Origin: Macrostomum lignano | Lineage: Eukaryota | Direction of reading: 5' to 3' | NCBI GenBank assembly: GCA_002269645.1 | Contig: NIVC01004001.1 | Location: 1,783 to 65,782 of the forward strand | Length of the DNA stretch: 64,000 nucleotides | Part shown: positions 35,260 to 47,983 of the stretch, one piece after another | How the letters are laid out: each line of letters opens with the position of its first letter | How positions within the stretch are numbered: position 1 is the first letter of the stretch | Notes under the pieces: generated by a model | Database searches by the model: none | What the model was told of the DNA's origin: nothing | What the model saw: the letters and a program-made list of their open reading frames with translations, nothing else | Program-made: the position numbers and the translations under genes

Positions 35260-36962
35260 CTAAACCAACTCCATAATCTGCTCAACAGTGAGCATTTCTT
35301 TGAAGATGCCGAGTACTTTGATTCGGCCGTACAAAAACTTTGTTGGCGCATTATGCCAGTTGAAGCCAAGGTAGAGGCAGCCGATTCGCTCGGGATCCGT
35401 GCCGTACGTGCTGGCGGAGGTGTAGAAGGTGGTGTCCAGCTTCACACCGTTCACCACAAAGTAGCCGGATGTCGGGCCGATGGCCATGGCAAAGTGGATT
35501 GCAGAGCCGCTGGGATAGGTGTAAGTCGATCCAGCAGCGACGGACGTTGCAACCTGCCAATCGCCAGTCAGGGAGTTCAGGAACCAGCCTTCGTTGCCAA
35601 CGGACTGTTCGTTGATGGCACCGTTGTGGTTGTTGTTGTTGGAGCAGCTGGCGAACATTGCGAGCTCGGTTCGATACTTTACAGTGCCCCGAACGAAAGT
35701 GACAAAGAAGGTGAATTGCGTCCCAGCCCTGAAAGGTGTCGGTGGGATGCTTTTAGATGAGAAAAGGAGGGTCAGTGAAAAAGTTAAATTTAAATTCAAA
35801 ATACAAAAAGAAAAAACGAACCTGACAAGCGAGTCGAAGCCAATGTGCGACAGGTTGAGCCTCACGAACTGCGATATGCTCAACGGAATCTGGACGCCGT
35901 CGGGTCCGATGTCGATCGGTGTGTTGTTGACGGCCGGCATGACGGTCGGGTTGGCGAGGTTCAGCATGCTCGAGTTGAAGGTGTAGAAGGCGAGCATTGA
36001 TGAGGCCCAGGTGCGCGCTTTGTGCCACATGCTGCAGCCTTGGACGCCGTGGAGGCGGCTGTTCAGGTAGAGGCTGAGCGATCCCTCAAAGCAGCCGGAC
36101 GCGTTGAAGACGAAGAACTCGCAGGTCGGACGCGACGCGCAGGCGTGGGCGCAAACGTCCAGGTGATGCGGCTGCGACCAAGCGAGGTGGAGCACAGGCG
36201 GGACATTGGCGGCCGCAGTGTGGGTGCACCAGGTCTCGCTGGAGAAGTGGCTTCGCCAACGGACCGACACGGCGAGAGGCGAGAAGTCGGCGGCTGGGGC
36301 GGCGGCAGCGATGTGGGCGAAGTAGGCGGAGGCATTGAACGACACGCAGCGGACGGCGGGTCCGGCGGCTTTGGGGGCAGCGGCTGCGGCGTCGAGAATC
36401 GGCGCAAACAGGGAGCCGTCCGCCGCCAGCCGCGTGCACCATCGGAAGCAGAGGAGCTCGGCCAGGTTTTCAGCCACGCTCGTAGAATTAAGGACCAGAA
36501 ACGGCGCTTCGAGTGTTTTGTTGTCTTCGCAATTCTCTAAAAGCAAATTTTTTTATTCGAAACGCGGTTCTTTGGGTTCCTGCTTAGCACTAAATTTGTG
36601 TTTTGAATAAATAAAAATATGTTACCCAGAGCAGTGTCCATCTTGGCGATCAGTTTGCAACTTCCGGGCGTCAGCTGAGCCGACCGGTTTCGCAGAAGCC
36701 GCCACTTATTGTTGGAAAGCGACTCGTTGCCGTGGCAGGCGATGCAGCCGCTGGTCCTGGCGCAGTGCGCTGCGCATTCGATTTTACTCGCCGCTTCCGA
36801 GGCTTCAGCAAGCGACTCCTCAGTGCTGCAGAGCCCGTTAGTCACCGAGAAGTGAGCTGTGGCCGCCTGATCCACAGTTGCCGAGGCTGCACTGAGCGCC
36901 AGGAGAGTCAGAAGAAACGGCTGCACCAAGAGGTGCTGTCTGTCACAGTGAAATGTTTTCAT
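35260..36962 (-). CDS. Secreted protein: signal peptide, two PAN/apple-like modules, LamG/ConA-like domain; complement(join(35260..35749,35822..36536,36626..36962)), 513 aa
   Basis: Hydrophobic N-terminus (LLVQPFLLTLLALSAASA). PAN Cys patterns SKIECAAHCARTSGC and VCAHACASRPTCEFFVF. LamG-like LAFYTFN...FLYGRIKVLGIFKEMLTVEQI. Splice phases are consistent (1542 nt). Confidence 0.78.
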
Positions 36963-38489
36963 AGGTATTGGAAATGTTTTGCTTGTGACTTCGAATTTAT
37001 TGCAAATGGAGAGCGCCACTGAAAGCTGGGAACTTTTTCTGCTGTCGATTCCCCTCAACTCTTCGCGGATGCGTCGGATAAATACTCGTCCAGACAACAG
37101 CAATCAACTTGAGTGCCTATCAGTGCATTTGTCCGTAATTGCCGTGTCTACTGATTTGGTGGAAGTCTGGCTTGATTGTTCCTTGCGGCTGAGCAATTCA
37201 GTTTTTCATTCAATTTATGATTGAATCAATTTTTATTTCTGTTTTGGTTTTGCTATATTTTAGCTTTTACTTGAAACCAACGTTAATAGTTGATGGCGAC
37301 TGAACAGTCCATGAGCACTGTGTTTATAATTTAATTTTTTTGCCATCTTGCCCTAGGTTCTGAAAACTTCCGTTCACTTTAAGTCATGTTCCTGGACAAA
37401 ATGGCTTAGCTGAGAGATCTTCGCTCGCTGACGAGTTTTTCAATTGTCTCAAGTGACGCTCATTCGACTGAGCCTGGGCACGCACATGGATCTCACGCAT
37501 TCGACAGTGCAATAGCGCGTTAACCTTAGCGCGTTAAGGCTCCTGCCACAATTGCACTAAACAGAAATGAAAAATTTTAACTACTGCTTGAACTTTGAAC
37601 TACTGTTTTGCTACCGCAGCACGTTTATTTTCTGAGCAAAAACTCGCGCATTTCCCGGTGAACCCGTCAGACTCCGGTCTGGCGGTGGTTAGCTGCAGAA
37701 AACTGCAGATGGAATTTGTCCCGTCATGCACTGTCGTTCTACTTCCCTGATCAGTAGTGTGAATCGCATCCAACCTGCAAGTTTCTATCCTATCTCCCTT
37801 TTAGCTTGTCTCCCTTCCCTTCTCCTTACCCTCCCCCATTGACAGTCACCACGGTGTCCTGCAGCATGCGACTTCGATTTCATAGTGGTTAACGCAAGCA
37901 AGAGTGACAGCCTCAACCCCAAGTATGTTGCTATATTTGACCTGCTACAGTGGATTCTACAAGCTATGCAGTTGCACAGAATCTTGCATATCCGATTCAA
38001 ATGTTAAGAATCTCAAGTGAGCATCGTAGCTTGCGGCTATCATAGCCAGCTGTACTTTAGAAACTCGAGTGTACCTCCGCACGATCGGTACACACAATCC
38101 AGCCGTTTCTGGACAGCACAAGAAAAAGATGCGCGCTAAGCTTTGTGAGGCCCCCACCCCCGACGGCACAAACCACGCGCAAACAAAACAAAAGGAAAAC
38201 AACAAAAAAGTGTTCATGCAACGTGCAAAAGTCCTAACCAAACAGCGGACAGAAAGTTCGTCATCAGGTGGCCGTGTAAAAATCCGGCGGCCGTGCCACA
38301 GAAGGACGGGAAACCAAGTTTCCTGGAAAAGAGGATGTGAACTTAAGAGTCAAAATGGAGCCCGAAAATGGAGCCCCGGTCCCGATTTCTCTACGACAAG
38401 CTTAATTGACGAGAATGCCAAGATAAACGCTCTTTTTACAAGCGTATATGATTGTAGGAAGATTCTCTTTCACCTTCGTCATCAACAGC

Positions 38490-39507
38490 AGCTGAACTCC
38501 GATACTCATGCTGAGGTTTGGTCCAGCGGTCGTCAAAGAATCGGCGATGGTGGCTAGCCTGGCCAAGCCAGGCGGACTGCAAGGACCGTCACCTGCCCAA
38601 GCAGCTGCAGCTCAAGAGCATCCTGGCAGGCTTCAGCGACCGCTTGCAAGTCATCGGATGCGTCAAGGGAGTCAGCGTTACCATCAAGCTGAGGCCAGAT
38701 GCCAACCAAGTCTGCCATCGGCCTCCTGCGACTGCGCCGTCTCTGCATGGGCTACACGTCCGCCTCAGAGATCCTCCAGCATTTGATGACCTCCGTCCTG
38801 AGCGGTCTCCCGGGCGTGCATGACGACATCCTGGTGTACGCAAAGGACATCAAGGAGCACATCCAGCGTCTTCGAGACTGCCTTGCTCGACTGAAGGAGA
38901 GCAACATCACACTGAACATCAAGAAGTGTCGGTTCGCCCAGGGGGAGGTCGACTTCCTTGCCATGCGACTCACGGCCGCCGGCATCCACCCAAGCAAGGA
39001 GAAGGTGGAGGCCTTCCGCAGCTTCAAGCGGCCGACCAACGCGACCGAGGTCCGCTCCTTCCTGGGTCTCGTCACCTTCGTGGCCAGCTTCATCAGCAAC
39101 CTGTCCGATAGGGCCTGGCCGTTACGGGAGCTGACGAAGCGAGCCGCCGAGTGGACCTGAGGCGAGCAGCAGGAAGCGGCCTTCAACGACATCCAGCAGC
39201 CAGGCGCTGGTATTCGTCAACAGCGAACTGCAGATCCAGCTGATCGTGGACGCCAGCCCAACTGGCGTCGGCGCCATCCTTGCCCAGGTACAGCCGGACG
39301 GATCGACACGGCCGGTGGCCTACGCCAGCCGCAGTCTGAGCCCGACGGAGCAGCGCTACTCCCAGACGGAGCGCGAGGCCCTGGCAGTGAAGTACGGTGG
39401 CCTGAAATTCCGGGATCTCGGCCACTGCCACGGATCGAGCGAATGACATTGCGACTGCAAGACCTCGTGTTCCAGGTGGTGTACCAGCCCGTCCTACGTT
39501 TCGAGCC
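38490..39507 (+). mobile_element. Decayed Ty3/Gypsy pol, 5' part (RT and RNase H)
   Basis: RT ...HDDILV (eroded YxDD) and KCRFAQGEVDFL; RNase H DASPTGVGAIL, VAYASRSLS, YSQTEREALA; frameshifts and deletions. Confidence 0.9.
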
Positions 39508-41860
39508 AACGACAACGCCGCACCAAAAGAACGACTCGTTTCGCCTATCAGAAAGCCAACTGGGATCTTTTCCGCCAGGTCATCGAATCCGAGCTAAAAC
39601 ACTGGACAAAGCGCCCACCCCGGACCGCCTCAGGGGCGGCTGCCAAGCTCGCTAACACCACACTCGCTAACACAAGGGTTGCCCCCTGGCTTCCCACCCT
39701 CGTTTAACAACAACACCACACTCCGCGCGGCGAACAAGGCAATCCCCAAAGGCGCCCGGCGCGCCCCGATCGGCTGGTGGTGCCCCGAAGTCGAATATGC
39801 CTGCAACGCCCGACGCGAAACACTGGAGAAGCTCAGGGCGGACCTAAACAACGAGACGCTTGCTACGGATTTCCAGACTGCGGCGGCCGCCGCCACCGAG
39901 GCCATCCGCAAAGCCAAAGAATCCCTGTGGCAAGAGTTCGTCAGCGACTACCAGGCAGAACTGAAGTCGGTGGACCTCTGGGGAATCATCCACACCCTCG
40001 ACGGCATATCACCAGCCTGCGGGCCGTCCGTTGCTATCAAAACCCCAACTGGACGCGTAGCCACCACAGACCGCCAAAAGGCTGACCTCTTCTGTAAAGA
40101 GTACGCAACAGTCAGCCACCTGCCCAAGGACAAGCAGCGCGACAAAGGTATCGCCATTGAAGCCAGAGCAGCCCTGGCGGCCCCCTGTAAGCTGCCTTGG
40201 TGAACCTTACCGCTGACTATCGCCCGATATGCCTTCTTTCCTGCGTTGCTAAGGTCGCTGAAAGGATGATCAACGAACGCCTCACCCAAGTGGAATGAGG
40301 ATCAGCTGAATCAGCTGGAGTGAGGATCAATCCAGCCCAGGCCGGCTTTCGCAGGTACCGCTCCACTGAGGAGCAAATCACTGCCGTCACGCACTACATC
40401 ATCGATGGCTAAGAAGCCAGCAAAGCGCTCAGCTCTCCTCGGAGATTCTTCGAGAGCCTACAAAATGCCCAAACCGTCAAACTGCACCGCAAGAGGGTCC
40501 CCACCTGCATGAACCGATGGCTCAGAAGGTTCCTCTCGGACAGACGCGCCCGCGTCACCTGGAACGGAACCAGTAGCTGGATCCTCACCTTCTCCGATGG
40601 CCTCCCGCAAGGATCGGTCCTCGCCCCGACCCTATGGATCGTCTACATGGACGACCTTCTGGATGGCGCGCCTGAGGACGTCCTGACTATAGCTTACGCC
40701 GACGACAGCAATCTTTGGAGCTCAGGGCGCGACTGTCCGGGAGTGCGAGCAAACCCAGCAACGCGCGACCGATTGGCTCCTGTTGTGGTCCCAAAACTGG
40801 AAAGTGGACCTCAGCAGGACCAAGTCGGTCGTTGCGTACTTCTCTCTCGACCTGCGTGAGACAAACGGAAAGCTGCAGCCACGCATCATGCTCGGCGTCT
40901 CCCAGGCCCCTTCGAACTGCACCCAAAACTGCTCGGCGTTTACCTGGATCCACAGCTTACTTTCCGCCACCAAGCCTCACTCCAACGCAGGAACCTGCAA
41001 AAACGCACCGGCGTCCTGAGGTGCCTCACCGGCCGTGATTGGGGTCAGGACTCGCATATCCTCTCACGCCTGTATCGCACCTACGCCGAATCTGCCGTCC
41101 TTCATGGCGCTGCAGCCTGGCTGAACTTCGCTTCGGACTCGTGCCGCCCTCGACATCCTGCCATGGCCGGGCAGCGGCGAGCTCCGCTGGGCCACAGACT
41201 CGCAGTCCCTGCTCCGGAGCCTCCTCGCTGGCCCATTACCGCGCCTCTCGCCATGCTGCAGGGACATCTGGGCTCTGCTCAGAAGAGTACCGTTGGGCCA
41301 CCACGTCACCATCCAGTGGGTCCCCGGACACTGCAACCTGCGGCTCAACGACCTATAGCGGACAACACAGCGCGCGGCACGGCTCGGCTCCCCCAATCAG
41401 ACGCTCCACTGGACCTCCGCAGCACCCGCTCGGCCATTGCTGTGCTAGTAGCCTCGGACCTCCACCAGGCCTACGCCAATGACCAGCACTGCGCGACGCA
41501 TCGCTCTGCCACACACGGAAGGCCACCAAAACGCCTACCGCCGGGCTCCGGGCGCAAAGCCCAAGTGACCCTGGCCCAGCTCCGCACCGCGGCCACTGCC
41601 TCCGCCTCCGCAAATATCGCGACCGCATCGGCCTGGAACCATCCGCGACCTGCCCAGCATGCGGCAAAGCTGAGGAGGACCTCGAACACCTCATGATCCA
41701 GTGCCCGGTACACGCAGACATCCGGGCGGAGGTCCTCGGACCAAACGCGTCGCTGACGGTCATCGCAGACGACGGCCCCGCGTGCTCGAGTATCTCCAGA
41801 GGATAGGGGCGCAGACGCGCCCCCCGGACTAGCTCTGGCCAAGAAACCATCACCACCACC
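39508..41860 (+). mobile_element. 5'-truncated, decayed non-LTR retrotransposon with RT, RNase H remnant and CCHC finger (I/R1/Tad1-type), nested in Gypsy
   Basis: DYRPICLLSCVAKVAERM, QAGFR, GLPQGSVLAP, YADD, WVPGH, C..C....EDLEHLMIQC; (CAC)n tail; 12-bp TSD acgttt(c/t)gagcc at 39496-39507 and 41861-41872. Confidence 0.88.
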
Positions 41861-43267
41861 ACGTTTTGAGCCGCCAGCCGCTGCCGATGCCGCCTAACAA
41901 CGTTGGTGAGCAAGAAGACGTAATCTACGTGGTCACGGCAGTCCAAGCAGCAACGCCGGTGTCCATCAGCCTGGCGACCATCAAAGCGGCCTCCAACCAA
42001 GATGCCACAGTCCAAGCCGCGCCTCACGGCATCCGCAGTGTCAGGTTCGGGACAAGAGCAACCTGAACCCGAAGCGTGAAGGCTGCACACCGTCCCCCAC
42101 GAGTTGTCTAAGCTCGACGGCCTGCTGCTACGTCTGGGCCAGATCTTCATGCCTACAGCACTGCGCTACCGGTGCCTGCAGCTGGCGCACCAAAGTCACC
42201 AGGGAATTAGAGAGACAAGGTGTGCAAGCCAAGGTGTGGTGGCCCAGCATGCGAGCATCAGTACAGGCGCACGAGGTGGCCTGCCTGAGCTGTCAGATCT
42301 GTACCCGCGAGACCACGCCAAAGGCGACGCCGCTCAAGCCGACCAAACTACCGGCGGCGCCCTGGCTGGAGCTCGGCATGGACATCTTCGGGCCCGTCAA
42401 CGTCAAGTCGCTGCTCGTCTGCACGGACCACTTCTCGCGCATCCCACTGGTCGAGGTCATGTCGAGCACCACCGCCGCGGCAGTCATCCGCATGCTGCGG
42501 AATTGGTTCAGCATCTTCGGGCAGCCCATGAAAGTGACGACCGGCAACGGCCCGTCCTTCGCGTCGGCTGAGTTTAGCAGTTTCTTGGTGGACCAAGGCT
42601 CCAGGCACCACCGGATCACTCCGCTGTACCCACAGGGCAACGGCGCTACGGAAAGGTGCAACCAGAGACTCAACAAGGCCATCGTACGGCCGTGGCCGAA
42701 GGCAGGGACTGGACGGCAGCAATCGACGAGTACCTGGCTGCGTACAGACGCACTCCGCACAGCGCTACTGGGATCGCGCCCGCCAGCGTTCCGTTCGGGC
42801 GGCAGATCACCGACACGATCCACAACCTCCAGCACTCGCAGCCGGTGGACGCAACGAGAGCAGCCATCAAGGACAAGGACCAGCTGTCCAAGGAGAAGAT
42901 GAAGCGCTACGCCGACCAAAGGGCCAAGGCAGCAGACCACTACATTCGGCCAGGAGACCGCGTCCTGCGATGGCTGCAGTCCAGACAAAAGGCCGGCGCC
43001 TTCTACGACTCAACGCCGTGGGACGTGTCCAAAGTGCTCGAAGACTCGCTGATCACGCAGCGCGACGACACCACCTGCTGCTGGTACGCCACGCAGGTCA
43101 AGCGGCTGCCAGAAGCGCCAGACCAGCCAGCCGGGCCGGCGCCGCAGCCGCCTGGCATCCCAGGAAGCTTGGAAAAAGCGGAGCCGCCGATCGCGGCTCG
43201 GCCGCACCTGCGGCAGGCCAAAGGCGGAGACAAGATCTACAAAGAAGCTGATTTGCGCATGCGCTGA
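41861..43267 (+). mobile_element. Decayed Ty3/Gypsy pol, 3' part (integrase)
   Basis: Resumes at (D)VLSRQPLP. HHCC finger (AHQSHQG..C..CQ), MDIFGP, TGNGPSF (catalytic D changed to G), NGATERCN; frameshifts. No LTRs identified. Confidence 0.88.
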
Positions 43268-43573
43268 CTGACTGCTTGATTTTTTTTGCTTTCGTGCTTT
43301 CGTGCGCGTTCGCTATTCCATTGGTTTTATGAATCTATTCATATTTCATCATTCTGTTACATATTTTGTTACACAGTCATTAAGTTATGAATGATTGTGA
43401 CATGATTCATGAAATTAATGAGTCGAGCTGTGCCATTCTTCGGATTTTTATGCACAAGACATGCACAATTCTACGTAGGATATAAAAATGAACTCAGCGT
43501 CAATAGATGAACACTGGGTCTGCCTTCTATCAAAAGTAATAACAATTTTTGTGCTGAAAGATTTAAAACCTCC

Positions 43574-43900
43574 GGGGGGCCGTAGCCCAGCGGTAGCGCA
43601 GCTGCACTGGTGTGCCAGCGACCCAGGCTCGATTCTAAGTGCAGTCACATTAATTTGGGGCTGAATTGGAATCTCGGCTTGGCTCTGCTCGTGCAATTAA
43701 CGGCCTTGAGAGCCAACCTCCCAAGGCGCAGTGAAGTGTACATACCTAACGATAATATAAAGTTAGGGCCGCTGTACACTCCTGTGTGAGTGTGTGCCTG
43801 CGTACGTATCCGCGCGCTTGTATGCCTGCTCAGGGGAGTCGGCGGAATGGGCAGTAATGCCTCTCGCCGGTTGTGTGCCAATGTCGCTTAAAGTCCGCCA
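43574..43900 (+). mobile_element. Candidate tRNA-derived SINE
   Basis: A-box TAGCCCAGCGG and B-box-like GGCTCGATTCT at tRNA spacing. Body 43693-43870 is homologous to 46192-46390. Confidence 0.5.
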
Positions 43901-44781
43901 GGGTGCACACAACCCCCCTGCCTCTAAAAAAAATATAAATGAAAACCTCCTGTCTCCGTAATGCATTTTTCGGCAAAACATGAAACTGTCCAAGAAACGT
44001 AGTTTCCCATTCTTCTACTTGAGTAGTCCTTGGCTCAGGTACACATTCGATAGTGCGATAGTCGGGAATGGGGGTGAGCGTGCAGGAACTCGACCTGCTT
44101 CGCAAAGCTCCAAGGTGGCTCTATCCCAAGCCCTCAGTCACATCTTCATCTTCTCATGCTTGGCGATTCAAGGGTGGAATTGGTCCGGCATCCAATCTGA
44201 ATTCAATCTGCTCTCCTTCTTAACCATTCTCCATCCCAGTCACCGGTGTCCTGCAGCATGCGACTTCGGTTTCATAGTGTCTGAGGCAAGCAAAGGCGAC
44301 AGCCTCAACCCCCAAGTATGTTACTACGAGTATACATTGCTGATCTGGCATTTTATGCCACACAGCAATATCCAATTCAAATTTTAAGAATCTCCTGTGA
44401 AGTTTGAGTTTGCAGGAAATTTTGCAGTTTAAAAAATTTAATTTGACTTTCCTCAACTGTTTAATTCCATCTGAGCTCAACAAGCAGCGAATGTATGCTT
44501 TAGCAGTGCAGAACTCATGCAGCTCAAACAGGAAAATGATGGAAATGCTTTGTTTAACAGAGCCCAACCGTGCGCAAGCTGCAACCAGTTTAGGGACGAA
44601 TGCAGCTGAATTCTTTCATAAAAATTGCCGTCTGTCTGTATGACTGCTCCAGCCAATCCCGAATCTCGTGAAGAAACACGAAAAATCCAGGACAATGGGC
44701 TGCAGAAATGATATATGCGGAAGAATCATTAACTTTCTGACTATTTTGCCTCCCAAACAGCTTCACTGGTGCAGCATCAGG

Positions 44782-46886
44782 ATGAGACAGTGTCCTGATA
44801 ATCTGGTCTTCTGGCTGGCGGTAGCGCTGCTGCTGACTGATACCTGTGCCTCTCAGTAAGTTCCCCGCTATCTCGATGTAGATTAATTTTCCCATGTTTC
44901 TCATATCTTTCTAAGCATCTTCGCTCTGCACTTCAGAGACAGTGCGGTGCCAGTGTGTTCAAGTGAGACGTTTTCTCTGGAATCGGAGACAAGGACGCCA
45001 ACGATGTTTACAAGGGTATCAACTGAAACCGTTGCTAGCATTCTTGACTGTGCAATGCTCTGCAACAAGCGCCCCGACTGTCTGTCGTTTGGATTCTCTG
45101 TCGAGGCGTTCGAGTGCCGAATGTCGAATGAAAATGCCGGAATTCCGGACTCGCGGTTCGTATTTTGTCGGAGAAATTCGGGTGAGCGTAATGTGAAATA
45201 TATAGCGATAGATTTTTACTGAAATCAGATTGAATGTCTTATGATTCATATCATGTCTTTTTTCATGCAGACTCGGCATCATCGTGCAAACACAGCATCT
45301 CTGCAACTGATGACGGCCGCCTGTGGTGCCCCATCCAGCAGCGAGTGAGCGACTCTGTGAGCTTCGAGCAGACTTGGAGCAGCTACGAGACTGGGTTCGG
45401 CAACGAACTTAACTTCTGGATCGGTCTGTTGCTTTTTGTGATGTAAAAAGCTTGTTTAGCACCAGAAAGAGTTCAAATCATGGACTGCTAAAGTACAAGG
45501 ATGCCAAGACTTGCAATTCGTGCGAATTCCGTTTGAGGTCGTTTCTCGCTGAAAAAAAGCATCAGGCTAGTCAGTTGGGTACTTTTCAGCTGTCTTGTTC
45601 AAGATGCGCTCACAAGTTTGTCGAGAAAAGTTTGAAAATTTTTTATTTTTGAACTTCTGGTCTTAATGCTAAATTTTTCAGCTAAAATAGGCCTACTTTA
45701 GTGTTGTTCGTTCGTCTACTTTAATTTGTTTCCAATGTATAAAGGGCCAGAGTATACTCGCGCGCTGCCACCCCTTGGTTCGATTCCGTTGCGCGGCCGC
45801 ATTCATTTCGGGTTTGTTGTGCTATTCAAAGATCAAGCGCCGCCTTCAAGATCAGCGACGAGCGAGTCACCAACGCGGCACTCTATCGCCGCGCCGGCCT
45901 GGCCCGTCCAAGTGACCTGCTGCGCCGTCGGCGACTCCAGCTGACAGGTCACATCATCCGCACCGAGTCGTACTGCCCACAGCCGGTGCAGGAGGTGCTG
46001 CTGCTCACGCTGCAGGCACCCTACCGGCGAGGGCAGGCGCGCACTCGGCGTTTCGTCAACTGCCTGTTGCCTGAAGTCGGCGCCCCGGACTCTGCCGGCG
46101 GAGCGGCCTATGTTCGCACTCTGGCCTTGAGACGCGCCCTGTGACACAAGAGACTATCCAATGTACTTTGTTGTTTGTTTTTGTTGTTGTTGTGCAATTC
46201 ACAACCATGAGACCCAAGCCCCAAGGCACAGAGAGTGTACATCCATGCCTGATGATTAGAAAGTCAGGGCCGCTGTACACCCTGTGTGAGCGCTGTACAC
46301 CCTGTGTGAGCGAGTGCATGAGTGCGTGACTGCGTACAGTATTGGCGCGCCTGTGCTCAGGAGTGAGCGGAACGGGAAGAATTACCGCAGCATCGGTTAG
46401 GACGGCTGGGTGTACGCAACCCTCCTAAAGTTGTCCACGTTCAAAACATTACCAGGCCTGCTGGACATTCACGAGCTCAGCTCGGTACTGGATGATGGTG
46501 TCACTCTGCTGGTTGAAATCTTCTCCTGGCACGAGGAGAAGCTGTTTCAAGAGTACTCCAACTTTCGAGTTCAAGACGCCAGATCGAAATATAATATGAC
46601 TGTGGGACGCTTGGAGCGGACTCGCTCGAACTTTTTCTACAACAACCTCGGCTATCACAGTGGAATGCGGTTCTCCACGATGGAACAAGACAATGACCTA
46701 CTGGGTGGCTCCTGCTCTACATATTTCCACGGCAACTCCGGCTGGTGGTTCAAGTCTTGCGCTCGAGCAAACCCCAACGGCCTGTACTCCAATTCGGAGG
46801 TCAACAGCCCAAGTGCGATTTGCTGGATGCGGAACGGCAGCTGGACTTCGGTCAAAGCAACTCGACTGTCGCTAAACATACCTTGA
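44782..46886 (+). CDS. Secreted PAN/apple plus fibrinogen C-terminal (FReD) protein; join(44782..44855,44937..45181,45271..45423,46456..46886), 300 aa
   Basis: Signal peptide LVFWLAVALLLTDTCAS. PAN SILDCAMLCNKRPDCLSFGF...C. FReD IQQRVSDSVSFEQTWSSYETGFG..FWIG|LLDIHEL, MRFSTMEQDND, GWWFKSCARANPNG. Phases are consistent (903 nt). Confidence 0.88.
45835..46190 (+). mobile_element. 3' end of RTE-like LINE in FReD gene intron 3
   Basis: Translates VTNAALYRRAGLARPSDLLRRRRLQLTGHIIR...RRGQARTRRF, the RTE ORF2 C-terminal pattern; stop at ~46143 then a (TTG)n tract. Confidence 0.75.
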
Positions 46887-47517
46887 GCGACGTCACCTCT
46901 GAGGCTCTAATCAAGTAATGATTGGGATGCTTGGGGTTCAACTGCACTCCTGCAGCCAGCTGTACCCTGTGCAACCTGCGACCGAGCACTGTGTGGTAAC
47001 AGAACTTGAAAGCCAACAATCGCTCGATTCAGTTCACGCATGTAAATCCAATAGTTTAGAGCTAAAATAAACAAACTAAATTTAAACTCGATCTGAACAT
47101 GATCGAGCTCCTGCTGAGGGAAACTGTCCACTGCGCATAATTGTGTGTGTGTGTCCAGCTGTGTACGTCTCTCACACGTACTAATACTCGAATGCATGCG
47201 TTTCTAGGGGTCTTTGCCGATGCCTTCCGGATCTCTTAAATGTAGCATTGGTATTAGCATGTAATTCACTATTAGGCACATGCACCTACATATGTAACTG
47301 ATGAATTGCAACTTCCCGAAACCTACACGCGATCAGTCTCCGACTGATACAGACTTGAAACTATTATAAAGGCAATCCGAAAAACCAGAAAGAGAATTGA
47401 AGGATATCAACACAACTCAATGCACACAAAGTAATAAAAAGTGAATTATGCTGTGGCGAAATTATCGATAAGATAGGGAGATTATCAACTAAATTTAGAG
47501 TGATGGGGATATGCAGC

Positions 47518-47980
47518 CCTAGACTGACCCTCGGTTTCCTTGTTTCCTACCCCTGGTTTCACTCTCTCTTGACCCCTAACTTCCCTTGCTTCCAGCTACT
47601 ACTCGTAGCTTTGCTCCTTCTTGACCCTTGGCTTCACTCTTTCCTAACCCACAGCTTCCCTCCCATTTGACCCCTGGCTTCCTTCCCTCCTGACCCCTGG
47701 CTTCCTTCCCTCCTGACGCATGGCTTCCCTCCCTTGTGACCTGTGGCTTCCCTCCCTTCTGACCCCTGGCTTCCCTCCTTCGTGATCCGCAGCTTCCCTC
47801 CCTCCTGACTCGCAGCTTCCCTCCTGACCCACAGCTTCCCCCTGACCCACAGCTTCTCTCCCCCTGACCCATAGCTTCCCTCCCCCTGACCCGCAGCTTC
47901 AATCCCCCTGACCCGCAGCTTCCCTCCCTCCTGACCCACAGCTTCCCTCCTGACACGCAGCTTCCCTCCCCTGACCCACA
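47518..47980 (-). repeat. Left arm of inverted pair: ~110-bp unique outer segment plus inner ~21-bp minisatellite (ccctcctgacccacagcttc)
   Basis: Reverse complement of 52790-53640. Confidence 0.85.
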
Positions 47981-47983
47981 ACT

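Noticed and set aside
35158-36610. Plus-strand ORFs overlapping the PAN-LamG gene
   Set aside because: Antisense shadows of GC-rich coding sequence; the same applies to ORFs opposite the receptor, AK, RhoGEF and CYP exons.
43574-43645. Functional tRNA gene
   Set aside because: The A and B boxes are present, but the anticodon, T and acceptor stems do not pair; treated as a SINE head.
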